The notes beneath the pieces were generated by a model that saw only the letters and a program-made list of their open reading frames with translations, had not been told where the DNA came from and did not search any database. A stretch of 63,596 nucleotides of DNA, counting the filler, from Intoshia linei (taxonomy: Eukaryota; Animalia; Orthonectida), in the NCBI GenBank assembly GCA_001642005.1. It is 7 parts of 7 records of this genome, joined end to end, with 100 filler letters (N's around TTAATTAATTAA, not from the genome) between each part and the next. Parts side by side here need not be neighbours in the genome. Positions count along the whole stretch, not along the records: positions 29,598 to 38,011 come from LWCA01001454.1; positions 38,112 to 52,793 come from LWCA01000949.1; 5 more parts are not named here. One strand, 5' to 3'. Below are positions 37,469 through 51,300 of this stretch, in pieces (position 1 is the stretch's first letter; every line of letters begins with the position of its first letter). The position numbers and the translations under genes were made by a program.

Positions 37469-38111
37469 TTATATTCTTTTTAACACATAATTTGTAAATT
37501 TCAATTGTAAAATTCTAAAATTGGAGTATATATATTAAATTGAACTTGGGTTTATTTATATTTCATTTATGTATAATTATCTCCATGACATTTCATTATT
37601 GGATTTATTTAACTTTATAATAAATTATTTAAACTAAATTAATAATTATAATATTAATTATAAACATATATATATATAATATTGTAATTTTCTATCGTAG
37701 AAGGTCTGCATATATATAGCGAAACTTATTCCCAATAATTTCAATAAAATTCAATGCGATTATTTAATACAAAATCAACAACAGCGACAACTCACTCACT
37801 TTATGACAACTATAACAACTAAATTGGTACAACACTATACTTCCCACATTTATATCTATTACACTAGACAACAAAATGAAAACTTTTTTCGAGGATCTGC
37901 ATGAGACCCATACAAATAAAAGGCTGAAATTTTCCTGATAACAATGATAATTCTCTATTTAATTTTACAGTTCGCTATCAAAAGATAATGATTGACAACA
38001 TCATAGCAACTNNNNNNNNNNNNNNNNNNNNNNNNNNNNNNNNNNNNNNNNNNNNTTAATTAATTAANNNNNNNNNNNNNNNNNNNNNNNNNNNNNNNNN
38101 NNNNNNNNNNN

Positions 38112-38680
38112 AAGTAACATGGAATAAATTTGGATACAGCATTTTCAATTGTGATGTGATCGATGCATTATATTTAATATTGATATTATATATATTTGCA
38201 ATTGATAAAAAAATTAAAATTACCGTGCAGCATCAGTTACGAATAAAACAAAATTTTTCCTTTTTATATTCAAAGATTTGGCAGTGTCGTCCACATTATG
38301 TAGAACAATTTGACCATTCATGTTTGTATCAATCATTTCACAGTAAAACAGCATTAAATTTTGGGGGTTGTTTAAAGTAATGACAATTATATTTATATAT
38401 TTAACATCGTTTAAATCGGTTTCATCCAACATCATCAATATTAATTCATTTTTACAACACGATTTTATTTTTTTAATTGTCTTCAAATACACATGGTCGA
38501 TTTTACCACGACAATTGTTTTCAGATGGTAACGATTTGCCCATGTTGGTAAAAACTTCCTTAAACTTTTTGTTGTTTGACTTGTATAAGGGTATGTCTAC
38601 CGATACAAAAAGTTCTACTATGTCAATGGCAAAATCACTTTTTAATTTACAATATTTACGGATTGGAGTAGTATCATTAT
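38112..38680 (-). mobile_element. hAT-family (CGGBP1/DUF659-like) transposase fragment
   Basis: VDIPLYK, MGKSLPSENNCR, LMMLDETD, VLFVTDAAR. Cut by the gap. Confidence 0.6.
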
Positions 38681-41179
38681 GATGAATATAGTGAAAAACT
38701 CAAAAATATGATGTATGAAACAATTTACATCAATGAATTAATTAATCTTATGAAATGTATGCCAAACGAATTTTTAATAACCTATCTGTATTTAATTTAT
38801 ATTGCCAACTTTTAAATACATTTTTAACAAGTCCGTATTTTAAAAACGATAGACATAGTATGTATTAAAAAAATTTAATAATGGAATCATTTCAATATGT
38901 CCAATCAATTTCAGAAAATACGTTTTTACCTGTAAACGGTAAGTGATAACATTAGTAACCTCATGGTCTTGAAAAATACATTGCAAATACGATTCTTAAT
39001 ATATCATACATTAATCTTTATTTTGTTAATACAAAACTTACTCACTTTTTAATATTTATTGTTATGTTATGATAGTTACATTGGGAGAAAATGGGTTAAT
39101 AGTGGTTTCTACATGTATTAAAATTTATTAATGTATTAATAAATGTATTAAAATGTATATGCAATATTATCATGGATGAAAATAAAAATACATATTAGAT
39201 ACTATACATGTGTATAATGTACTATGTATATAAACAGATTATTAATGTTTTGATGTTTAGAAAGTGGTAATTAAATCACGTATAATTAAAGGTACTCTGA
39301 AATTTAAAATAACTAAATTTAAGGTACTGTACAATGTAAATGTATTTATATAAACCGAATAGTACCAATTTTACTACATCTCAACAGCAAATTTACACAG
39401 ACGAATTACACCACCATGAAAAGTGTGCATTTGTAACCTTTAAAAAAATTATATATAAATAAAATTAACCTTTTGTATCAAGTAGAAATTTATTTCAATT
39501 TATATATTTTCATCAAACTGACAATTTATTTAGTTATAAAAAATACATCTACATGTATAATAGTGATGAAATTTGATAAATAAATTGATGATCTCAATTT
39601 TTCAAGTCGATATATTGAAAATAATATTTTTTTAATAAAATTTAAAGTAGATTATTAAATTTAAATATAATAAACGTACATGTATAATATACATTGTATA
39701 TGCTAAATTTTTCATTTTAATTAAATGCCTAATGGACATATTAATCTAGATATAAAACATGATACATTTTTAATATAAATTCCAATAAATTTAATGCTTT
39801 TTTTATATACTATAGAGTATACTGTATTTAAATATATTTAAAATTTATACTGAACATGTCAATTTCGTCATTATCGATTTAATTGAATATATGTTATCTA
39901 TTATTTAAATATTTAATCAAATTTATTATTAAGCTATTAAAAGAAACATAACATTCTATGTTATAGATTACAATCATCTAGGTTGTATCCAATATTTTTA
40001 CTTTTTAAATACCCGACATCAAAATTAGTAAGATTTGAAATTCATAATTTAAAAAAAATTTTATCTTATGTTGTTACTTACATGTATTTTGATGGTATTA
40101 TTATGAATGTAATAATACCTTCTGGTATAACATACATTGAATCTATGTAAAATGAAACGGAATGCACGCGGAATTTTTTTATCTTTAGTATCTTTGAAAA
40201 TTGACGCTTTTGAATGTGCTATATGAATGTTAAAGAAAATTTTAAAAAAAATCACTGCATCCATATTTCCATTTCTGATAATAAACTATTCTTGTTTACA
40301 TCCTGTTAAAATTAACAGTGAAATCCAATTAGATTTAACTATAAATCAATTTTTATTATTCAATAATATATAATCTTATATTTTATGACAATTTTTAATT
40401 AAATTACATTCTACAACATGCATACGTTGAATTGATGACAATATTGATATTAATTTTAAAACTTTCATTGATGTATTCATTTAAGGTTTGAAGTTATACT
40501 TAATTGAATAATACGTATTATGTATACATATATTATTATTATATTGTATATATGTATTTCACATATAATTTATCTAAACTGTCGTAATTTATATCGATAC
40601 TGGCTTTTAAAGTATTTATTTTGTTAAATTTTAATAGTATTCAATATACTATTACAGTGGAATCTCGATCGTAAGTACATCAAAATAAATTTATGCAGTA
40701 TTTTTTATTACTACTGCATTTTTTAAAATGGAAAAGTAATAAAGTAAATATAGCGCATTCTTTAAATTCTTTAAACACGAGCTTATAAAAAGTTATATAT
40801 CAGTATTTTTCATAAAATAAACGTCATTAAACAAATCGATTCCGGGAAATCCTATGGACAAATGACAGATAAATTATAATTATCCATATTCAAATCATCA
40901 GTTGTATCAATTTTCTACCAAAAATAAAATATTCTTAAAAACCAACATGAAGCAAAAAAATATTTGAAACAACAAAAGACTTTAAAAAATGGAGCAGACG
41001 ATCGCATGGATAAATTAATAATTTCGGGACCCCGCATCATAATTTTATTTTAGGAAATTTATTTAACCATGTTTAAGGGTAGTTTGGAAGTTCAAATAAT
41101 TGTAATAAATATAAAAATATTAACAAAGTTGTTTTAGTTTCGTTGTTTAGTTTCTACTTAGATTTTATTCAAAATGTTT

Positions 41180-41839
41180 TAAAAATGAGAATTTGAAATT
41201 TAAAAATTGCGTAGCAATGAAAAAAATTCCGAAGGAATGAATTATATAGACTTTCACCCATATTTCTTTATTGGAAATGTGTAGACGTTTACTGCACATT
41301 TTTTTTGAAATTGTAGGATCAATATTTAAATTTTTAATTTTTATTTTAAAAATTATTTTTCATCGAAAATGCATAGATTTCTCGAGTTGAACTTTTGTAT
41401 TTATATCAAATGAATTAAGTTCTATCAGAATAATATTTTTATTTTAATTTTCGGACCATTAATTATTTCACATTTTTTTTTTAATAAAATTTCGGTATAA
41501 TTTCGGTAAAAAAATATGTGAATACTAAAATGCTTCAGATTGAAATTTTTTCACTGTGTTGACAGGATATTAACTGTATCACCTGTAAATTTTTTGAAAT
41601 TCTAGGGCTATTTTCATTTTTAAAGAGAAGGACAATTGGGGTTTTTGACCCGTAAGATGTGAGTTTGTGAAGTTGAAATTTATCTTATTACACGTCCCGG
41701 AAAAAACTGTAATTGAAATAACAATGTGGACTTGATAAAATTCTAAGACGGGTAGTTATTTAAATAAAGTGTAACACACACAGACACAGACACACGCACA
41801 CACAAACAAAAATCGCGTAGCATATTATTTAAGTTAGGA
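41180..41839 (-). mobile_element. Helitron-like element (5' two-thirds)
   Basis: Ends ...CACACAAACAAAAATCGCGTAGCATATTATTTAAGTTAGGA|T with a CA microsatellite. Confidence 0.7.
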
Positions 41840-42173
41840 TATTGAAAATAATTAATATTAATAATGTAAGAATTTAAATCTGAAAATAATATCTCAGATA
41901 TATAATTATTTATAATAATGCACATTTTAAATAGATTTATAAAAATTTTTTAAAAAAGTAAAATATAATTCACATAATACATTTTGGTACCCAAAAGGGG
42001 TAATTACTTTTCTAGTGCTATTGTTTATCAAAAAAAATATTTTAATTCTTGAATTTATTAAACAAAAATTGTAATTTATCAAATAATTTTATCCATTTTG
42101 ATACTTTTTATACATTGCAATGGACTGCAATGGATTGGTACAGCCAATGTCCACTGAAAATAATGAAATACTT

Positions 42174-43517
42174 TTATTTAGAAATAACAATTGGTATAAA
42201 TTTAACTTGGCCATCATTAGAACAATTTTGATTTTGGAATTTATATTGAAAATTATCATAATTTGATTTTTGCCAATATCTACAACAAGTTCCTTTAAAA
42301 ATTCTATTTTTATTGAAAAGGTTAATTTTAACAAGTTTTAGATTGTGTTTATCATTAAAAAATTTATTGACGACATCATTTTCGCAATTTGAATTAATTT
42401 TCAAGTCTTCTCTAGTTGACACACTTGTTAGACAGGCCTTAAAACATTGATTATTTTGAATGCATTTTTGAGGTCGACATCCTCGATTCAAATTTGTGCA
42501 GGATTTTGATAATTTTTTTCGACATATTTTACCTTTTTCAGATTTATTCAAATACAATTTGTAGTTAATTTTATTTTGTTGCACATTCTTATCATTTGAC
42601 AGTAAAGTTTTCGCATAAAGTGACAATTCTCCACTTCGTATGACTGGCGCTGTTTTGACTCGCATTATTTTAGGTTTGATTAATTTCGTTTTAACGTGAT
42701 ATTGATCTTCATAATAATTGTTCATGTGATGGACGGATTTGGACGAGATATGTCTATTATATTTTGATATGTGGTTGTCATTTGGAGAAATTGATGATTT
42801 TGATTGATTGATGGATAATACTCTTGCAAAGCTTGATAAATCATCAATATAACTGCTATTAATGACCTTATTTGATTTTATTATTTTTTGAGTAGAATTA
42901 GCTGATTTTGGAATATTTACAGTCGTTTGATTGTTTTCTGGTTTTTTTTCAATTTTTTCTTTACTGAAGCAAATATTAAAGTTGAAGAATTTATTAACAA
43001 TGCAATTTGAAATTTCGTCATATTGATAAAATTTATAATTATCGTTATTTACAATATTTTTAATGTCATTTGTATCGTTTTCGACTATTTCATATGTATT
43101 TTTTTTTTTTTCGTATTGATATTGTTTATTATTGTAATTTTTTAAACATTTTTCATTTCTCATTTTTACATCTTTAGAGTTTATTGCCCATTTCTGATCA
43201 ACATTCAATACACCTGATTTAATTGACGAAGTTGATAAATAATTGCTCAGAATTTCATTGGATAACTGTTTAGGTTGGAATCTTTTGCGATTATCAATTA
43301 AGCAATCTTTCCAGTCAAATTTTTTAGAATTAATTTTTTCGTAAAATTTGCTTTTGACATTGTTGACTGTAACATTCTTATTTAGACTCGTATTTTCACT
43401 CTTACCTAATTTATAAGATAAATTTTTTAATTGTTCTTTGTGTATATTAGAAATTTTACAATTTCCATAAATATTTCGCAATTTTACATAAAATGCTTCA
43501 TTTTGTATATTTGTCAT
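42174..43517 (-). CDS. Uncharacterised 447-aa N/K/S-rich protein (possibly the first exon of a longer gene)
   Basis: A 1.34-kb stop-free ORF is unlikely by chance in DNA this AT-rich. No domain recognised. Confidence 0.6.
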   Translation of the reverse strand: MTNIQNEAFYVKLRNIYGNCKISNIHKEQLKNLSYKLGKSENTSLNKNVTVNNVKSKFYEKINSKKFDWKDCLIDNRKRFQPKQLSNEILSNYLSTSSIKSGVLNVDQKWAINSKDVKMRNEKCLKNYNNKQYQYEKKKNTYEIVENDTNDIKNIVNNDNYKFYQYDEISNCIVNKFFNFNICFSKEKIEKKPENNQTTVNIPKSANSTQKIIKSNKVINSSYIDDLSSFARVLSINQSKSSISPNDNHISKYNRHISSKSVHHMNNYYEDQYHVKTKLIKPKIMRVKTAPVIRSGELSLYAKTLLSNDKNVQQNKINYKLYLNKSEKGKICRKKLSKSCTNLNRGCRPQKCIQNNQCFKACLTSVSTREDLKINSNCENDVVNKFFNDKHNLKLVKINLFNKNRIFKGTCCRYWQKSNYDNFQYKFQNQNCSNDGQVKFIPIVISK

Positions 43518-45371
43518 TATTTATTATTTATTAGAAAGTAGTGAAGTTTTATTTACAAGTCTTTTAAAACATTTTTTACATTAATGGTTGATCAAACGAC
43601 GCAATAAATCAATACAAATTTGCTTTAGCTCTTATTTTTTCAATTGAAATGTTAATTTAATTTATAAATGTTAACTATCAACTATATTATTCATATTTGT
43701 TAATGTACTATTAGGTATAACTGATTTTAATAATTCAATAATTATTGAATTTCTATAAGTGATATTCATGTAATTTAATATTTAATAATAGTTTTATGTG
43801 TTACATGTATAATCGACATAATTGTATATATCCTTTAATCAATTCATTTAATAAAATCTCAATACACTCAGGTTTCTCAATATCGCCATAATAGTATTGT
43901 AATATTTATGGGGTATTGAGACTCAATTTGACGGTATAATTTATAGTGGGATTATCACAACAGTGGTTATCATTGACGAAAAAAGCGTGCATTTAAATAT
44001 TTAATAATAAAAGATGAATGTGAAATATATTGATATTAGGGACGCAAATAATGTACATTACGACATAACATATAAAAACCGGAAGCGAAAAATTTATATA
44101 AGCTTGGCAACATAGAGCTAAAAAATAAAATTAATGCATTATACATTAACGGCGGTCAAACTATAAGTCACAAATCGTTATAATGTATTTTTAATTTTAT
44201 TTTTTTCGTCAAATTTTCTATAAATAATATTCTGTCTCCTAATTCTATATAATCAAAGTAACCAGCTTTACATCAAATCAAAATAAGAAACTTTTTATTG
44301 AGTAGACAACGCTGTACATGAAATTTGCTAACTCTTAAAAAATCAAAACTTTTACTAATGAACTTAAAAGTTTAAAAACATTGTTGTGTAGTTCTTGTAA
44401 TAACTAAACCTGCAATACCCTGAAATTAGTTTTCAGAAGCTCTACTCAATTTTTGTAAACCTGGGGCATCATTTTTATAAATTGAACATTTAAATTAAAC
44501 AATTAAAAAATTTAATAAATGTATTTTATCAATTGTGAGTATATAATTTAAAATTAAAATTTAAATTAAATTAGAAAATATGTGTGGCTATTTAACATTA
44601 CGCATGGTTTGTGAAAATTTTTCTGGTGAATCGAGCATGGTAGGTTCGACTTTGATGTAATGCTCAAGGGTGGTCGTTTGCTGGTACCAGCAAATTTTTT
44701 AAAATATATAAATGACTAATTTCTAAAATGTAAACTGAATACAATGACGCTTGTGAGTCTTACAAATTTTTAATGTAGAGAACTATGTACTCGTAAGAAA
44801 AAGATTTTTACATAAAGGGCTTAAAATGGTATTAATGCAGAATAAAACTAGGATTTTTAAAATAATAATTTAGCAGTCGTCTAGAGTCTAGACTTTGGGA
44901 TAAAATCGCAACATGAGCCAACTGCAATATAGGATTTTACAAAAATATAAAAAAATTTTAATTTTGCTGGTAATAAAACCAGAAATGCCGACACCAATAC
45001 CATCACGTGCTATAGTAACACCTTTGGTAATGCTGATAAAAAATTAAATACCTAATTCAATAAATGTTTTTTAAGAAGGTGCTTTATATCAACGAAACGT
45101 AATAGTTATCATAATAATGATTACCGTAGAATGGGTAAAATTGAGTAATGTTATGTTCTATCGGTGCATTACAAAATTAAAATTTAAATACCAATATACA
45201 TTTCTAAATTAGTTCATTAACGTTTTGTTAATATTTCACCAAATCTAAAGAAATGTTGAATAAAAATATGAATAAAGAAAGAAAAATTTCGAAATAAAAA
45301 AAATAAGATACTAATATACTAGTGAAAATAAGGAAAAAATCTATACAAGTAATAAATCTTTAATTGTACAA

Positions 45372-48300
45372 TTAAACAACATTGATGGTAAATTGATATT
45401 CTTGGTCGCATCCCAAATACGAATCCGACATAAGATATAAAGTATAATTATATTTTCCAGGTTCTTCGGGTGCATTGAAATCCATTTTTACAGTTGATTT
45501 ATGAGTTAAAGGTACTCGTTTGATTGAACAAAGTAAATTACTGTCTTGATCGCCAATAATTAGCCACCAATTTTCATTTTTTTTCTATGAAAAATTAAAT
45601 AAATAATTACATTAACCCTTTCGCTGTCTAGCGCAGTTATATCACAATTCTTATATTTTTTTGTTTTATGAAAAAATATTAATAAAAAAATTAAGTTTTT
45701 CATTATTTTACCACACATAACATGTGCTTAAGAGTGTGCACAGACAGCGAAAGTGCGCAAATAAATAAGTAATTAAAAAGTGAAAAATATTTCTAATTGT
45801 TAAAGTAGTAAGAAAGTTTAAACATAGAAACTTAGTAATCACCTACGATGGGATTTTCAAAAAATTAAAAATAATGACTTTAAATATAAAAAAATACCGA
45901 GGGATAAAATTGAGCAACAACATTATTGACAAGTTCGTCTTCTCTTTCCAAAGAAATATTCACAACGATATTCTCGTCCACCTCGATAGAAGATTCATTT
46001 TCGACATTAAAATTAATTTCTACACTAGGATAGCAATTGCAAAAGTGTGCAACGTCATTCAACTCATTTTCTGGCATATTTAATAATTTGACTCGATCAT
46101 CATTTTCCATTTCCAAAATACTAAACACATTTTCAATATTTTGTTTATCACATTGGGCAATCAAAACATCATCAAAATGAGGAATTTGTTTTAAATATGA
46201 ATCTTTGACCCATTGAGCTTGAGTAATCATTTGAGACAACTCCATAGCTGCCAGGGCTGAAGCTAACCAACCATTGCTGCTCAATACATCCACGCATGCA
46301 TTTAAAAGTCTTAGAATTACATACAGAATTGAATTCAAATCAGTAGATAATTCCGGTGTCAGATTAATACGATCAAAATGAGAATATAGTAAGAGCTGAG
46401 TTTTTTTACTCCTGTCTAAATTATCAAAAGCAATATTCTTCATGTATTTTGAATTAGCAGCCAGTTTCTTAACAATGTCTTGCTCGTGCATGCGACATTC
46501 AATGTCAGAAAATTCAGTAGCATTAGCCAGAATTTCAATCAAACCCTTAATTTTAGTTTTTGGTCCTAAAGACATACTAAATAATTCGATTGTAGAATAG
46601 CAAACATAATAGAACGATGCAATCATTCCGAGATTAAGAGGGGATAAAATTAAATTATCTAGACCAATACATTTTGATTGTTCAAGATCACTGACAGTTT
46701 GTTCAACTAATTCAGACAAATAATCCGAAATATGCCGATGTGTAATGCCTTGTAAATTGTAATAATTTGGATTATGTGAAATACGACGATAAAGAAATGT
46801 CCATGTCATATAATCAACGGCATCTTGTTTATTTTCAATTATTCTAGTAATAATTTCTGCATTGAAATGATCGTGTAAACATTTATCTAATTGCGATTCT
46901 AATGGCAAGGGTTCCAGTAGTACCTTGTTATAAAACTGTCGACGTGCCTCAGGGCACATTACATGAGCTACACATTCAATTCCGACAACAGAAGGTTTGG
47001 AAGCTTTTCCAATCATTTCCAATAAATCTAATACTGCATAATCATCATACATTCTGCTTTGGTCATCAAAATATTTAGTGTCCATTATAACAACAACATG
47101 AGCCTTTACGTTAATGTTATATACAGATTTTCTGTGAACAACAATAGTTTGAATAGCGTCATTATTAAACAACTGTTCGATCATGTTTTTTTCTGTTCGG
47201 GTCAGACCTTCATGAATATAACCTATTCCTCTAACAATCAATTTTTTTAATGATTCCGTTTGGATGTTTTTAAGATATGGTACCAGTTTTTCTTCCTTTA
47301 CATGCAAAAATTGATCTGGCAAATCTTCACCAACTGACATGGTTAACAAGTCAATTGCTACAGATTGACACTGACTTCGCGATGAAACAAAAACTATGGA
47401 TGATTTTACGGCGTCGTGATCAGAGTCAATATCCATTTTATCCGGATTGGGTTGACTAAAAGCGTTAATATTTTTAGGTTTTTCAACTACAATAGAATTG
47501 TAAACAGTTCGGAGCATAGCATTCAATCTTGCTCTATAATTCGTTATACCGTACGGTAAAAGTTTAATTTCTAGAGGTATATGACGAACACTAGGATTAA
47601 AATTGAATAGTGCCTTTATAGGTACACCAAGCCACTGTGCAACGTCTCTTGCATTAGAAGTAGGCAACATTAAAGCAATTATTCGCATAGGTTTTTTTAA
47701 CTGAATTGACATGTACCTCATACGCGCACAGACAATTTCATAAGTTGCTCCGGTATTCATGGATGATAGGATGTTCAAATTATCTGCTATAAAACAACCA
47801 ATATTCTGAACATGTTTGCGTTGTTTCCATCTCCTTGATAAAACGTCCCAATTTTCAGGCGTTGAAAAAATAACATCGGATTTAGCTAGAGTTTTAAGAT
47901 CAGTTGGAATATCCCCAGACAAAAAATTTACACTTTTTTGAATACTTTGAAACTTTCTAGCCAAGTTTCGACTTCTAGATTCAACAATACTTTGTCGCGG
48001 GTGAATATATAAACACTTTTGGGATGAATAGTTGTTAAACATGCGCAATATAGCAAGTTCGCCACAAATATTAATATCATTTCCAATGGATCCACCAATG
48101 AGGACATTATCATCGCCATTATAGATAGTATTAAAAACTTGGGTTTGTAAAGGATTATATACACTAAAGTCTTCGCTATACAATTTTTCATATTCCACAT
48201 TATGTAAAGCGGATGTCGGTAAAGCCTGTAAATCCAACAAATCAGTTGGAGGTGGATATTTTTCAGGTAAAATTAAATGTTGAAAAGAAATAGCTAATTG

Positions 48301-51300
48301 AGTTTCACATCCAATCCATTTATCCGAATTTACAGTAATAAAATATTGCGGAGACATTGGTTCAAAAACCGGAATGTAAAATTTAAGTAAATGTTCATCT
48401 TTATGGTACCTTTTAGACAAAATAAATAATTCGGAATGTAAAATATTTTCACTATCAACATCGGTAACATTAATATAAAATGAAACAGCTTTCCCGTGAA
48501 TTTTATCATCCCAAGCAAAATCAGCTACCAATGTTAGATGAATCCGTAGGAGAGATCGGGTAACTGGTTGAACATGAGCTGTTAATTCAATTTTTGGAAT
48601 CATGTGCACATATTTATGTATAGTTTTCCCCGCTTTACTCATTCTCAATAGTTCACCAATCTCTTGATGTGATAACTGAAGAAACGTATCCCAAGCCAAA
48701 TTCTTTTTTTCAAGCTGTTTAATAATTTCGTGGGGTATTTTGGCAAATTGGCGCAACGGAAACATGGAAGACCACATTCTACGTTCAATCATTTTAGCTA
48801 ATGATAAACATATCGAAGAAAGTTGCATCCACCCATTATTTCGAGTAATTTCATGTAAAGCTCTAATTATTCTACCAGCCGATTGAGTGATATAAACCAT
48901 ATCTGCAGCTAAAGCCAATCCATTTAATTTCATTTGAGATATGTAAGCTTGTAAAAGTACATTAACTTTGGAAGAAGGCTCGTCACAACCCTCTTTAATA
49001 GGAATTGGTACATATTCAATCAATTTACTCAATTCCATTTTTTCTTCTTCTCTTACCGTAATATTTTTAAATTCGGATGACAACGAAAAAACTCTAAATA
49101 ACTCAATTTGAGTTAATGTACGTTTTAAAAGTTGATTGTAGGTTGCAATAGATTCTTGAGTTATGTAAAAATGACTAGCTACTTTTCCTAAATGAGTAGG
49201 CTTTAATTTTCCATTACGACGATCGTACTTAATTAAACGGTTCTTCATTAAAATTGAAGCTGCTGTGTGAATCAAATCGTATCTAAAATTTTCTAATTTT
49301 GGGTCTTTTTCAATAGTCTCAACCTTAATACCATACAACGTAGGAGCCTTCAACATGCGTATGTACAAATATGTATAACCTAACCATTTCACTGCGTCGT
49401 GAACATCTTCGATTGTACCTAAAACTATTTCAGCATTCAAGTTATCTGCCAATTTAGCTATAAACTGACTTTCAATTGGAAGTTGTTGATTCATAAGCGA
49501 TAGGTAGTATTGAAGTTCGCTATGATTTGTCAACATGATACCTTCTCCCTTGACGTCATATTGAGGTCGCCCGGCTCTTCCAAACATCTGCAAAACATCT
49601 AGAGCGCCTAATTCTACCCATTTACCTTTTTCAGGGCTGTATATTTGAGTTCCTTTAATTATTACAGTGGTAGCTGGTAAATTAACACCCCATGCCAAAG
49701 TGGCTGTAGAAACTAAAATTTTAATTCGTTTGTCTGCAAACAAATCTTCAACTAAAGTACGATCGACTCGACACATTCCAGCGTGGTGGATAGCGAAACT
49801 ATAAGGTAATAAATCCCTCAATTCTTTGTTTTTAACTAATTCCGACTCAGTTCGTAAAATTTCTGTAGACGCGGAGCCTTCCTTAAGAAACATAACTAGC
49901 ATGTCATTCTCAATAACCAAATCTCTAATAGCTTTGGCAGTTTTGTAGGTTTCTTTTCTGGAATGTACAAATATTAAAATTTGATGCTTTCCTACATTTT
50001 CTAAGATTTTTTCATAAACAATCTGATTCATTATTTGAAATCTTTTCAAAGCTTTTTTTTCGGCAATACCTATAAAGGTCTGTTCTAAGGGGACAGGTCT
50101 AAAACTGTTGTCAAAAAAAAATAAACCTTTAGATGGATTAACACGTAAAAACGTTGAAACGTCTTGATAATTAGGCAAAGTCGCAGACAGTCCTACAAAT
50201 CGAATAGGCTCTCTAGTCATCTCGGTTTGCCGAATCGAACGAACTACAATACATTCCAAAATAGGTCCTCTTTGGTCGTGTAATAAATGAATTTCATCGA
50301 TAACTATTAATCTTACAAGTTGAGTGTACGCTCGTTCACCAGATTTACGTGTCACAATATCCCATTTTTCAGGAGTACAAACTATAATCTGAGAAGCTTC
50401 AATTTGTTCCTTAGTTAATTGATGATCACCGGTCAATTCTTCAATGCCAATGTCATAAGATTCAAGGCGTTTTCGAAACATTCCAACTTGTTCTTGAACA
50501 AGGGATTTCATGGGAGCTATATAAACCATCTTAAATTCACTTTTTCGAATTATTCCAGTGTCTGCATCAATGTGCTTTCCAATTTCTCGCATAATAGCTA
50601 AAAGTGCAACATTGGTTTTACCGGCACCCGTAGGTGCAGATACTAAAATGTTTTCATCTGTGGTTAATGCAGTTTCACATATTTGAGATTGTACTCGATT
50701 TAAAGTTTTGTAACTAGAAAAAGCAGCCTGTGCATAACCAGGTAAGTCGGTTATGTACTTCAACTTTTCATTTTTACCCATAGGTTTAGCCTTTGATGCG
50801 GGAACATGAACTTCTTCATAACCTCGCTTCATTTTTCGATAAGATCCTTCCGGCAAATCACATTTTTTGTTTGACATGAAATGTGCACCATCTTGGAATA
50901 CCATATGTTCAATATCTATAATATTTCTGGATGTACCCGATTCCGCATTGTCAATATCCATTTTATCAGATTGTTTTTGATTGGAAGATATCGTAACGTC
51001 TCCACCATCTTCTTCACCCATATTATCGTTTAAAATTTGAAGAATTCTTTTCAATTCAGAAGTACCTTTCAGTCTAGAAAATGTTTCTTCCATTTCATCG
51101 GTATTTCTATCGCAAGCATGCAAAATACACAAGAGAATAATGTCTTTATATTTTCTGAGTATTTTGATAAAATCAAACATTCCAAATCCAAGTTGAACAA
51201 CTAAATGGTTCTCCAATTCAATGTCAGTTTGTGAAGTCATCAAGGCATTCATTACTTCCTTCGATTTTTGTTGAGCTACAACTGGGTCTTCTATAGACTT

